A stretch of 64,000 nt of DNA, from NCBI RefSeq assembly GCF_038025025.1, contig NW_027117341.1, forward strand, positions 1,674,001 through 1,738,000, in the 5' to 3' direction. The translations under genes and the position numbers were made by a program. How positions within the stretch are numbered: position 1 is the first letter of the stretch; the number at the start of each line of letters is the position of its first letter. The notes under the pieces were generated by a model. The model was not told where the DNA came from. It saw nothing but the letters and a program-made list of their open reading frames with translations, and made no database searches. Positions 22,611-32,576 of the stretch are shown here, in pieces. Source of the DNA: Phyllosticta citribraziliensis (lineage: Eukaryota).

Positions 22611-24367
22611 TTAGATACATCCTTTCTCCTTTCTCCCTTTTCTTTTCCCTTTTCTCCTCACCTGAATCGAAGTCCCAGTTGGAGGAATCATGACCATTCC
22701 GAACCATTCATACAACGGCCGTCGCTCCAAGGGCTTGATCTCATAGTTGATAACTAGACATGCGAGGAGCATTTTCATCACGTATGCCGCGAAGAATCGA
22801 CCTGGGCTAACAGAGAATCAGAACAGAACAATGAAGGCTGGATTTTTGTTTTGGACTCACCACGCATGCTTCCCGTGGCCAAATGCCAAGTACGAGTCTC
22901 CTGTTGTCACAATCGACCCTTGATGCTTCCTGAACACCTTTCTCTCGCCATCCGATCGCGCCTCTTGTTCCTCCTGGGCTCGCGAGAACCGGAATGGATC
23001 GTACTCCCAAGGAGAGTCGTACACGTCCGGGTCGTGATGGATGCAACCAGAAGCGAAGCAAAGCAGCGTGCCTTTGGGGGCATGCCAACCTTCGGCCTCA
23101 TTCGTCAAGCCCTCTGGCGCAACGACTTCCTTGTGCAACAGGGTTTGCGCAAAGTTGCTGAGCCGGATGCTCTCGCGCACCGCACTGTCTGTCTTGTGCA
23201 GTTTTGCAAGCGCCTCTTTTGAACACAGGGTGCCGTGCTCTCGCAAGACTTGCGCCACTTCGCTTCTGATGGCATCGAGATAGCCACGCTTCGGGTCGGA
23301 GCTGACCAGATCGAGGATGAGGCTCAGGGCTGTGAGGGTGGACGTGTGGATCGACGCAAAGTTCAACGGCATCAGCCTCTTGGTCATCAGCACCGGGTCC
23401 AACTGGTCCAGCCGCCCTTCTTCAAGAGCCACGCGGATGTACCACGTCCAAAAGTTGTTGGGCGGCTGCCACTCCCACTCGGGCTCGCGAAGCTTCCTCT
23501 CCATGTCGGCCAGCTGCCGCCGAACCATGGGCAGTGTGTACTTTGCCGTCCGTCGCCAAAAAATCCAGTTTGGAAGAGCTGCCAGGCGCGCCACCAACGG
23601 GACCAGCGCTGCGGGCGTCATGTCTCTGAACCACATGCAGCTGGCGACGCCCAGGGCGTGCCCGGCCACCGCCTTGAGATACTCGGGGATGCGACAAACG
23701 GGCCTGCCAACAAACATCATGTGCGCGATTCGCGGCATCGTGTTGGACACCATGTTCCAGAGTTTGACATCCCTCCAGACCCCAGGCTCCGTGCCCAGCT
23801 GCTCGTCCAAGACGATCGTGATTTCGTCCCAAAGATCCGGCAGCATGGACTTCACGTTGCGTTGCAGCAGCTTGTGCACTACGTGCTCTTGATATACCTC
23901 AGTCATGACGCGGTGGTCTTGGAAGGCGTAGGCGCCGGCGAGCATCCGGTAGTGCGCTGCCGTCGTACTCAAAACGGAGTCGGGTTGCTCGACGAACCAG
24001 GCCAGCTGCGATCGGGGCAGCACGAGATCGTTGGGAGAGCCCGGCGTGCGAGAGAGAACAAAAGTCCTGTTGTGCTTGTTGTACTGCAGACTGGTCGTCA
24101 CTACGTGATTCGTTTTGATTGATGGTGACAGAGCATTCTCACCTTCTCGTAGCCTTCTTTGGCCCACTCGAGTCGCTTCCCGAAACCACGGATGGGAGAA
24201 AGCCAGCCATGGGGGTCTTGTCCAACATGCGGAATGGACTTTGGACAGCGCGGCTGTCGAAAGTAATTGAGCCAAACGGTTGCGACGATGAGGTATACGA
24301 GCAGAGCCAGCAGGACGTGTCGAACTCCTAGCTCCCTCAATTCTGTAACAACTTTGTCGTAAAACAT
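22611..24367 (-). CDS. Cytochrome P450 (CYP503/CYP512-like type by I-helix motif)
   Basis: N-terminal TM helix, I-helix FASIHTS, ExxR (ESIR), PFRF, and heme motif FGHGKHACPG completed across intron 22807-22860. Intron 1 is 24084-24142. Confidence 0.92.
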
Positions 24368-25207
24368 GGTGGATAAGCGCTTCATACACGCTCGGTAAGT
24401 ATGACCTTGTGCAAAACACACCAGCAGCACATTTATATGTAGCAATACATCGTCATCCTCGGCCGATCATCTCCGTGTAGAATGTTGTGCCCGGCCTCCA
24501 TTTGACTTTTCAACAGCATTCGTCTGGCCCAAACCGAACCCGAGATTCCCTGCTCTTGCGGGTGAGCGGTACGGCAAAGCGCGAAAGCAACTAAATCCCA
24601 GGGATTCAAGCGTGCGCCACAACCTTAATGTCACATGGCGAGCTCGCGGTTCTCGAAAAGGGACACTGCTCAAGAATGCAACAAAGGTTCGCTGTTGCGC
24701 TGACAGGATTATCTCGACATTTTTCCACAGGGCCAAGCACTGATTGCGAGGTCCATGTGCAAATCTAGAAAGGACTGGAGTTGCACGCGTGGAGTATTGA
24801 ATCGAGTCCGCGAGTTCAGGGAAGCGTTGGACAAGTTCGCGGTGTGGAAGCAACGCTGGCAACCCTTCAGCCCAACAGACCGTACTACAGGGATCACCAC
24901 TGACGTTATCAGAGACTACCGGCGACGCCGATGGTGGTCAAGACTTATTGGTTCGTTGTGTGAAGGGTACTAAGTTGCGGAGAGTTCGAATTGCTTTTTC
25001 TAGGATAGACTCGCTTGCCTGCTATGAGAGGGCCTGCCCAAAAGTACAAACTCTACCCCCTCAAAAACCGTGCCACGTTGGGATTGGACTGAACAGGGGA
25101 GCTAGTCGGCGATGGCCGGCTGTCAATTCCATCTCCCACGCTTCGTGCGCAGCTATGCTGCCGACGTCAAGTGCCGATTTCTGGGAGTTCTGAGCAGAGT
25201 CACCTCT

Positions 25208-28200
25208 CTACCCTCTTGCCCTGCCTCGTCTCGTTGACGCTGCGCGGCCTCTTCCACGCCCACGACCTCGGCCTCGACCACCGCGAGTTGCGGGAGCCTC
25301 CTCGTCCTCACTGTCGCTCTCGCTTTCCTCCTCAAAATACTGGCTACGCACAGCGGTGGCACTCTTTCTTGCGGCTCGGCGTGTTGGTGCTGATCGTGAG
25401 GGTAAGATTGGTTCGTCATTTTCGTCATCTTCGGGGGCAGCTTGCTTTGGAGGAGGCGAAGGCTCGGGTTCGGCGTCTGATTCGTTTGAAGCTCCTTCTT
25501 CATCTGCAGACGGAGCACTCGGAGGCGATGAAAGCGCTTCAGAATCAGAATCAGAATCTGGCGTTCCCTCTTGTGTGATGGCGTTCTTGGACTTGCGACG
25601 TCCAGTTTGCTTTGTCGTGTTTGCTCTAGTAACTGCTGCTCCTCGAGTCCTCCCTCCTCTCCCGCGGCCGCGGCCACGCCTTCCAGTTCCGCGTGACAGG
25701 TTCGCTTCCTCCTCGGTGCTTGCAGAGGCTGTGCCTTCTTCTGCATCAACTGGTCCTTGGGTACTTTTAGTCGTGTCTTGCTGATGGATGGATCGAAGTG
25801 AGACGGGTGCGTCTTGGGACGTGTTGGCCAGAAGCTGAGGAGCTGACTTGCTCTTGTCATCCCCTTCGACTATGAAACCTCCACCATCGGCATCATTGTC
25901 GTCTTCTCGCACAAAAGAACCGCCCTCTACATCGTCCCCGCCGCGAAGGAAGCCTCCTTCACCGACAGCCTCCTCTTCTCCTGGTGCGAAGAAACCTCCC
26001 GGGCCAGCGTCTTCCTCCTCTTCTATCTCGTCATCATTCCTTCTGTGAAAGGTGTTGGAGAGCTCCCCTTTTCTCTCCTTCTTTGCAAAAGGATTTTCTG
26101 CTTCCATCGAAGCATCGCCATACTCTTCTCTGACTCGTTCGATGATTCTTAGACCGAGAATGAACTTCTTCCACATCTTCAAGGCCTTGTCTTGCCGTTT
26201 CTTTTCTTCCTTTGCCCGCTGTGCCTCCTGTGCGGCACGCCAAGCATCTTTGACCAGTTGTTCATTTTCTTTCGCAACAACTACACCAGTCAAGATGGGA
26301 ACGGCTCGTCGATTTCCGAATTCGAAGCCAGTGCAAGCTTCAGCGTAATCAATACCAAGCTTGCGGCAAATGGGTGCTGTGCTGCGAAAGGGAATGTGCA
26401 CAGCACCTGTTGGAACCATTGTAGGGACATACACGTCCATGTTTCCAAATGCGTTCTTGGGAATGATGCCGTTTTGTATCGGGGGAGGAATAATCCACTC
26501 AGTCTGCTCCTCGGCGTACAGGCCCTGCGTTGGCTTTTCTCCTGATTCCCGTTCGGCGGCTTCAATCTCGAGCTTTCGGACAAGAGTAACTGCGCGGGTG
26601 GGAACATGCTTCATGGGTTGCTCTCCGAACTTGATCTGTCTGCCCTCTTTGTGCCAACTCTCAACCGTCTTGCAACTCACCACATCCTTCCTCAAAAAGA
26701 CGGGCTCCGATTTTGCTTTGTCGCCTTTGCCAGTGGTAAATGTTTTGACCGGTTTCGAGCCTGGGCGGATAGCTTCCTCTCGGCGGAGATGCCTTTCGAG
26801 GACGTACTCTGCAGAATTCTTGTAACCTTGCAATGTTTCCGGAACGTCTCCAGTGTTCTTTTTGGCCTGAGCGGGGTTTACAGGGACCAAATCTCCCTCG
26901 TCTTCAATTTCATCTGCTTTGGTCCTCAGCAGTCCGTCTCTTGTATAGCCACGCATGACGTCTTTGAACCAGTCATATTCTTCATAACGCTTGACTTTGC
27001 CCCGCCGGTTGTGAATGGGTATCTTCTCGATCGGCATGCGAAATCCCTTGGTCTTGCCAGGCCAGATGTGCTTTTTGAGATATCTGACCGTCACATCTTT
27101 GGCTGTACCGTCGGAGGAGTGCGCTACGACATAGGCAATGACCTGCTTGGCCTTGTCCGCAGCAGCACCTCGGGGCTCAAAGGAGGCAAGCAAGTCCGAG
27201 GTTGAAGCGACTGTAGAAATCACGAGTGGAGAGACGGCAGTAAAGGTGTGTGTGATGGGCGACAGGACTTCTGACCAGTAGATTGGAAATGGCAGGTCAG
27301 CGTCGAATTTCCTTCCACTTTGTCGAGGTACAGGTTTGGATGGCGTCACATCGACCACGGATGGGTCTGACGAAATTGATTGGATGGAACTCAGTGAGCT
27401 ATCACTATCGTCCGAAATATCGACTGCCAAGGGCTTCGTACCAACAGTGCGGGTTGACGTCCTCCGGCCTGAAGGAAGGACGGGCTTTTTCGCCTTGGGC
27501 TCCTTTGCAGTGTTCCTCTTTGACGGCGTATCCGCAGCCTTCTCGAATCCACCTTCGAGGTTCGACTTTGCAGGATTGACACTGGAGGGTTCACTATGGG
27601 TCTGTGGGGGCTTCTTTTTCAAAACAATGTCCTCGGCCTTGGTGAATCCAAACCCAAGGAGCTGCAAGTTGCACACCAACCGAGCCTCAAGGCCTAGTGC
27701 TCTCAGCAAGGCCGTAAAAAGCTGCGCGCCGACATCTCGACTTCCTTCGCAGCGACGTGCGGCCTCGATAAATTCATCCTTATTGCGAATAGCCTCCCCG
27801 AATTCTTGGTCGTCCTGGCCAGAGGTTCCTTTCGAATCGTCTTCTCCCTTTTGTGCCTCACGATCTTGGCTGTCTTTCCATGCTTTGACCTCAGCAGCAA
27901 GTGACTTGGCGGAAGGAAAATATCCCTTCTTGCGCAGACCTGGAGCCGTGATCCGGAACCGTTTTTTCCAGTAAGCAGCCAAGTATTTCAACAGTCGGTT
28001 GAGGGGATCGCCGCCACTCATATTTGGAACTCCCTGTTCTTGCCTTTCCGCAGTGTCACCCCAGTCCCGCACGTTTCTCTCCGCCTGTCGTGTGCTCTTC
28101 TGCTTGCCCTTTCCCTTGTTTTTTGAGGCAGTCTTGGAACCATTGGCTTTGCCAGTCTTGTTGACGACAGACCTCTCGTCACCAGGCATCCCACTGTCCT

Positions 28201-28858
28201 TCCGCCATCTTTGAACCTCGCTCCACACACCATCTGGTAGGTCAAGGAGCAGTGCTTTGTGTACTTCTTCGTCGCAACACCATGCATTCCGGAGCGCGTT
28301 ATGGAAGAGCAGACATTGCACGTGAACACAGTGTATCCACATGCGTAATTGTCGATCCTTTTTGGACGGACCCTTGATTCCCAGTGCCTTGGTCCTTGCT
28401 GCCTCATCTTCTTCCTCTTGGGGAGCCCCAAGTGTTATTTCCAAGGCATCATCGGTTGTTCCAGCCAGTGTACGCCACGGTGCAATCTTGGTCTGAGGAG
28501 TGTCGGTCGCGGGAGTTGCTGATGTTGTCGGTAGCGCATCTTCCCAGTCCATTTCATCCTCGTCGTCGTCATCCTCCGCTGCTCCGTTCACTTGTAGGTC
28601 ATGTTTGCCTGTGGCTCGAGTATTCCCAGATGCAAGAGGCACGTCTTCGAAATCATCGTCGCTCTCTGCATCGCTGAGCTTGCTGCTGTCGTCGTCGCTG
28701 CCGAGTCCGTTCAGAAAGGCATGGTCCTCGGCGGTGGCGGATCTGTGCGCAGACGCGTCTAGCGCATCGAAGACGGAGGATTTGGCGCGTTTGCGGGAGC
28801 GTTGGGCGACTGGTGAGACAGGCGATCGCGAACGTTTTCGAGGGACGTGAGGGGGCAT
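25208..28858 (-). CDS. RAD4: Rad4/XPC family DNA damage recognition protein (probably the Rhp42-like paralogue)
   Basis: Intronless ~1,216 aa. Transglutaminase-like region (GSRDVGAQLFTALLRALGLEARLV; AKDVTVRY) and BHD domains (YVLERHLRREE; IPKNAFGNMDVYVPTMVPTGAVHI; ACTGFEF). Confidence 0.92.
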   Translation of the reverse strand: MPPHVPRKRSRSPVSPVAQRSRKRAKSSVFDALDASAHRSATAEDHAFLNGLGSDDDSSKLSDAESDDDFEDVPLASGNTRATGKHDLQVNGAAEDDDDEDEMDWEDALPTTSATPATDTPQTKIAPWRTLAGTTDDALEITLGAPQEEEDEAARTKALGIKGPSKKDRQLRMWIHCVHVQCLLFHNALRNAWCCDEEVHKALLLDLPDGVWSEVQRWRKDSGMPGDERSVVNKTGKANGSKTASKNKGKGKQKSTRQAERNVRDWGDTAERQEQGVPNMSGGDPLNRLLKYLAAYWKKRFRITAPGLRKKGYFPSAKSLAAEVKAWKDSQDREAQKGEDDSKGTSGQDDQEFGEAIRNKDEFIEAARRCEGSRDVGAQLFTALLRALGLEARLVCNLQLLGFGFTKAEDIVLKKKPPQTHSEPSSVNPAKSNLEGGFEKAADTPSKRNTAKEPKAKKPVLPSGRRTSTRTVGTKPLAVDISDDSDSSLSSIQSISSDPSVVDVTPSKPVPRQSGRKFDADLPFPIYWSEVLSPITHTFTAVSPLVISTVASTSDLLASFEPRGAAADKAKQVIAYVVAHSSDGTAKDVTVRYLKKHIWPGKTKGFRMPIEKIPIHNRRGKVKRYEEYDWFKDVMRGYTRDGLLRTKADEIEDEGDLVPVNPAQAKKNTGDVPETLQGYKNSAEYVLERHLRREEAIRPGSKPVKTFTTGKGDKAKSEPVFLRKDVVSCKTVESWHKEGRQIKFGEQPMKHVPTRAVTLVRKLEIEAAERESGEKPTQGLYAEEQTEWIIPPPIQNGIIPKNAFGNMDVYVPTMVPTGAVHIPFRSTAPICRKLGIDYAEACTGFEFGNRRAVPILTGVVVAKENEQLVKDAWRAAQEAQRAKEEKKRQDKALKMWKKFILGLRIIERVREEYGDASMEAENPFAKKERKGELSNTFHRRNDDEIEEEEDAGPGGFFAPGEEEAVGEGGFLRGGDDVEGGSFVREDDNDADGGGFIVEGDDKSKSAPQLLANTSQDAPVSLRSIHQQDTTKSTQGPVDAEEGTASASTEEEANLSRGTGRRGRGRGRGGRTRGAAVTRANTTKQTGRRKSKNAITQEGTPDSDSDSEALSSPPSAPSADEEGASNESDAEPEPSPPPKQAAPEDDENDEPILPSRSAPTRRAARKSATAVRSQYFEEESESDSEDEEAPATRGGRGRGRGRGRGRAASTRRGRARG

Positions 28859-29218
28859 AATTGAGCCTGCATGGCAATTTGGAGAGCTGGAAAGGAGAGA
28901 AGAAGCCTCAAGCTGATGCTGAAGCTCAAGGATAGGTACTGACATGGATGTCGTAATGGAGCCGGGCCGGTAGAAGCTCGGGTAAGGTGGTCATGTCCGT
29001 CATAGAGATGCCGAAAGATGATGGGCGAACCGTCACCACGCGCTCCTTCATTGCAGCTATCCCGATACGCCACCACTCCTGTGTCTTTTCTATCTTCAGA
29101 GGTACAGGTGGTGTGTGGTCTCCTCATTGCACCCTGTCCTGACTTTATCTCTCCGCGCAGCCCCTCCACTCTACTTCCGCGCACCTCTGCGCCGCCACTG
29201 TCGACAACTCAGCCAGCC

Positions 29219-32200
29219 ATGCTGTACGGTCAAAATTTGCCCTGGCGGACGGCATTGCGACAAGCGTCTCGCTCTGGCAGCAGCTTGAGTCGAGTCTCAG
29301 CTTCAACCACCTCTGTGGCGACCCGATCCTTCCAGACCGCCTTTCCCAAAGCAGCTCTCCAACCTTCGAGATACAACCGCTCCACGCCCTCGTCAAATTC
29401 TCTTCGCCACTTTTCCATCACCTCCACAAGACGAAAGGAAAAGCCTCCCAGCAAGACTCCGGATGAACAGCCAGAGCAAAAGGACGAAAAGGACAAGGCG
29501 GAGGACCAGGAGCGGCCCGCCGAGGCCGAAACCGGAGAGGAGGCGAAGGTCAAGTCCCCAACACCCATACCATCCAAGGGAGGGTCAGATGGACGCGGCG
29601 CCGCTGGCGGCTCTTCAGGAAGTGCGCCACCCTCAAATGGCGAGGGTGGTGGCGGCAAGAAGCGCAAGTCGGAGCGGTCGCTGCAGAAGCCCTCAGTGCC
29701 AGAGGTCTACCCGCAGCTTATGGCCATTCCAATTGGCAAGCGACCGCTGTTTCCTGGCTTCTACAAGGCCATCACAATCCGGAACGAGCACGTCGCGAAC
29801 GCCATCACCGAAATGATGCAGCGAGGGCAGCCTTACATTGGTGCTTTCCTGCTCAAGGATGACGAGGCGGACAAGGACATCATCGAGAGCCCAGAAGACA
29901 TCCACGAGGTCGGTACATTTTGTCAGATCACGAGCGCTTTCCCTGTGCAGGGCGAAGAAAACAGCATGACCGCTGTGCTCTACCCGCACCGCCGCATCAA
30001 GATGACTTCTCTCGTTCCGCCCAAGCCAGAGCAGGGAGAGCCTGCAAGCAAAGTCGAGGCGACGCCCGCTGCCACCGCAGAGTCGGAGCCGACAAACAAG
30101 GACTCGGGCCAGGAGAAGAAAGGCGATGTAGTGGCGAGCTTCGAAGAGAATGCTGCGGATCAGTCGAAGCAGGCGTCTCACTACGAGCCGACTTCGTTCT
30201 TGAAGAAATATCCAGTCAGCTTGGTTAATGTGGAAAATCTCACCGAGGAGCCGTTTGACAAGAAGAACCCCACCATTCGCGCCCTCGTCGGTGAAATGGT
30301 GAACACCTTCAAGGAGGTCGCGGCCATCAACCATCTTTTCCGCGACCAAATCTCCACGTTTTCAATGAGTCAGGGCGCTGGCAATGTTGGCGATGACCCA
30401 GCAAAATTGGCCGACTTCGCCGCTGCCGTCGCTCAGGGAGAATCCCAAGAGCTCCAGGCTGCGCTCTCGTCATTGAACATTGAGGACCGGTTGCACAAGG
30501 CATTGCTCGTCCTCAAGAAGGAGCAGATGAACGCCAAATTACAGGACAAGATTCTCAAAGATGTGGAGAAGAAGATTACAAAGAAGCAGAGGGAGTACTG
30601 GCTGATGGAGCAAATGAGGGGTATCAGGAGGGAACTCGGGCTCGAAACTGACGGAAAGGACAAGCTTGTTGAGAAGTTCAAGGACAAGGCCTCGAAGCTG
30701 GCGATGCCCGAGGCTGTCAAGAAGGTCTTCGACGAGGAGGTCAACAAACTGGCGCACCTAGAGCCGGCGGCGTCCGAATTCAACGTGACGAGGAACTACC
30801 TCGACTGGCTCACGCAAATCCCTTGGGGTCAGCGTTCCGCGGAGAATTTTGGAATCAAGAACGCAATGCAGGTGCTCGACGAGGACCATCACGGCTTGAA
30901 GGATGTCAAGGACCGTATCCTGGAATTCATCGCGGTCGGCAAGCTTAGAGGGACTGTCGAAGGAAAGATTCTTTGCATGGTCGGTCCTCCGGGTGTCGGC
31001 AAGACGAGTATTGGCAAGTCCATTGCGCGCGCATTAAACAGACAGTACTACCGGTTCAGCGTTGGTGGTCTCACCGACGTCGCGGAAATCAAGGGACACA
31101 GGAGGACGTACGTTGGCGCGCTTCCTGGTCGCATCATTCAAGCGCTGAAGAAATGTCAAACGGAGAATCCTTTGGTGCTCATAGACGAAGTCGACAAAAT
31201 CGGCCGTGGCCACCAGGGCGATCCTTCCTCGGCACTGCTCGAGTTGCTCGACCCCGAGCAAAACAACTCTTTCCTGGACCACTACATGGACGTTCCTGTC
31301 GACCTGTCCAAGGTGCTCTTCGTGTGCACGGCGAACATGACGGACACGATTCCCCGCCCGCTCCTCGACCGCATGGAAGTAATCGAACTGTCTGGCTACG
31401 TCTCAGATGAAAAGATGGCGATTGCAGAACGGTACCTGTCGCCAGCTGCCAAGGAACTGAGTGGTTTGAAGGACGTCGATGTCAAGCTGGAAGGCGAAGC
31501 TATCGCTGAGCTTATTAACAAGTATTGCCGCGAGTCCGGTGTCCGAAACCTCAAGAAGCAGATTGAAAAGGTTTACCGGAAGTCGGCCCTCAAGATCATT
31601 CAGGATTTGGGCGAAGACGTGCTCTCCGAAGACAAGGCGTTGACTGAAGAGGGCAAGGCCGCACAGGAAGAGGCAAGCAAGGACCAATCGGATGTGAAAG
31701 ACACCCCCGAGAACATCGAAAAAGAGACTACGGAGACTCCCCGTGTGGCCATGAAGGTACCGGACTCGGTGCATGTGAGCATCGGCAAGGACAATCTCAA
31801 GGACTACGTCGGACCTCCAGTGTTTACGTCGGACCGTTTATACGACAAGACACCGCCCGGTGTCGCAATGGGGCTTGCTTGGACTTCGATGGGCGGCGCA
31901 GCTTTGTACGTCGAGTCGATTCTCGAAACCGCGCTATCGCACTCTTCACGACCTGGCTTTGAGCGCACCGGTAATCTCAAAGATGTCATGAGAGAATCTA
32001 CTGTCATCGCCTATGCCTTTGCAAAGTCTGTCATGACGCGTCAATTCCCGGACAACCGGTTCTTCGAGAAGGCCAGGATCCACATGCATTGCCCTGAAGG
32101 AGCAGTGCCAAAGGACGGGCCCAGCGCTGGCATTACCATGGCGACGTCGTTGCTCTCTCTTGCGCTCGACCACCCGTTGGACCCCACTATCGCCATGACT

Positions 32201-32576
32201 GGTGAGCTGACGGTTACCGGCAAGGTCCTCCGCATTGGTGGACTGAGAGAAAAGACCGTGGCAGCAAGAAGAGCTGGAGCACAGATGATTATCTTCCCCG
32301 AAGACAATCTGAGCGATTGGTTGGAGCTTCCAGAGGTATGTTCCGCACCAGCCGCGCTTCGAAGCGGCTGCCCCAGAGTCCCAAATTCGATATGCTAATT
32401 CTCCACTGCAGAACATCAAGGAGGGTATTGAGGGCAAGCCCGTTGGATGGTACTCGGAAGTCTTTGACGCCGTCTTCAAGGGAGTCGACCGCAAGCGCGC
32501 CGGAAAGCTCTGGAAGAAGGAGCTTGCCGAGCCGAAGAAGGACAAGTCTTCATCGGCAGACCACGACGACGACTGA
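29219..32576 (+). CDS. PIM1: Mitochondrial Lon protease (~1,093 aa)
   Basis: Arg/Ser-rich presequence, Lon N domain (RPLFPGFYKA), Walker A GPPGVGKTS, Walker B LIDEVDK, catalytic PKDGPSAG and IGGLREK. One intron, 32336-32411. Confidence 0.97.
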
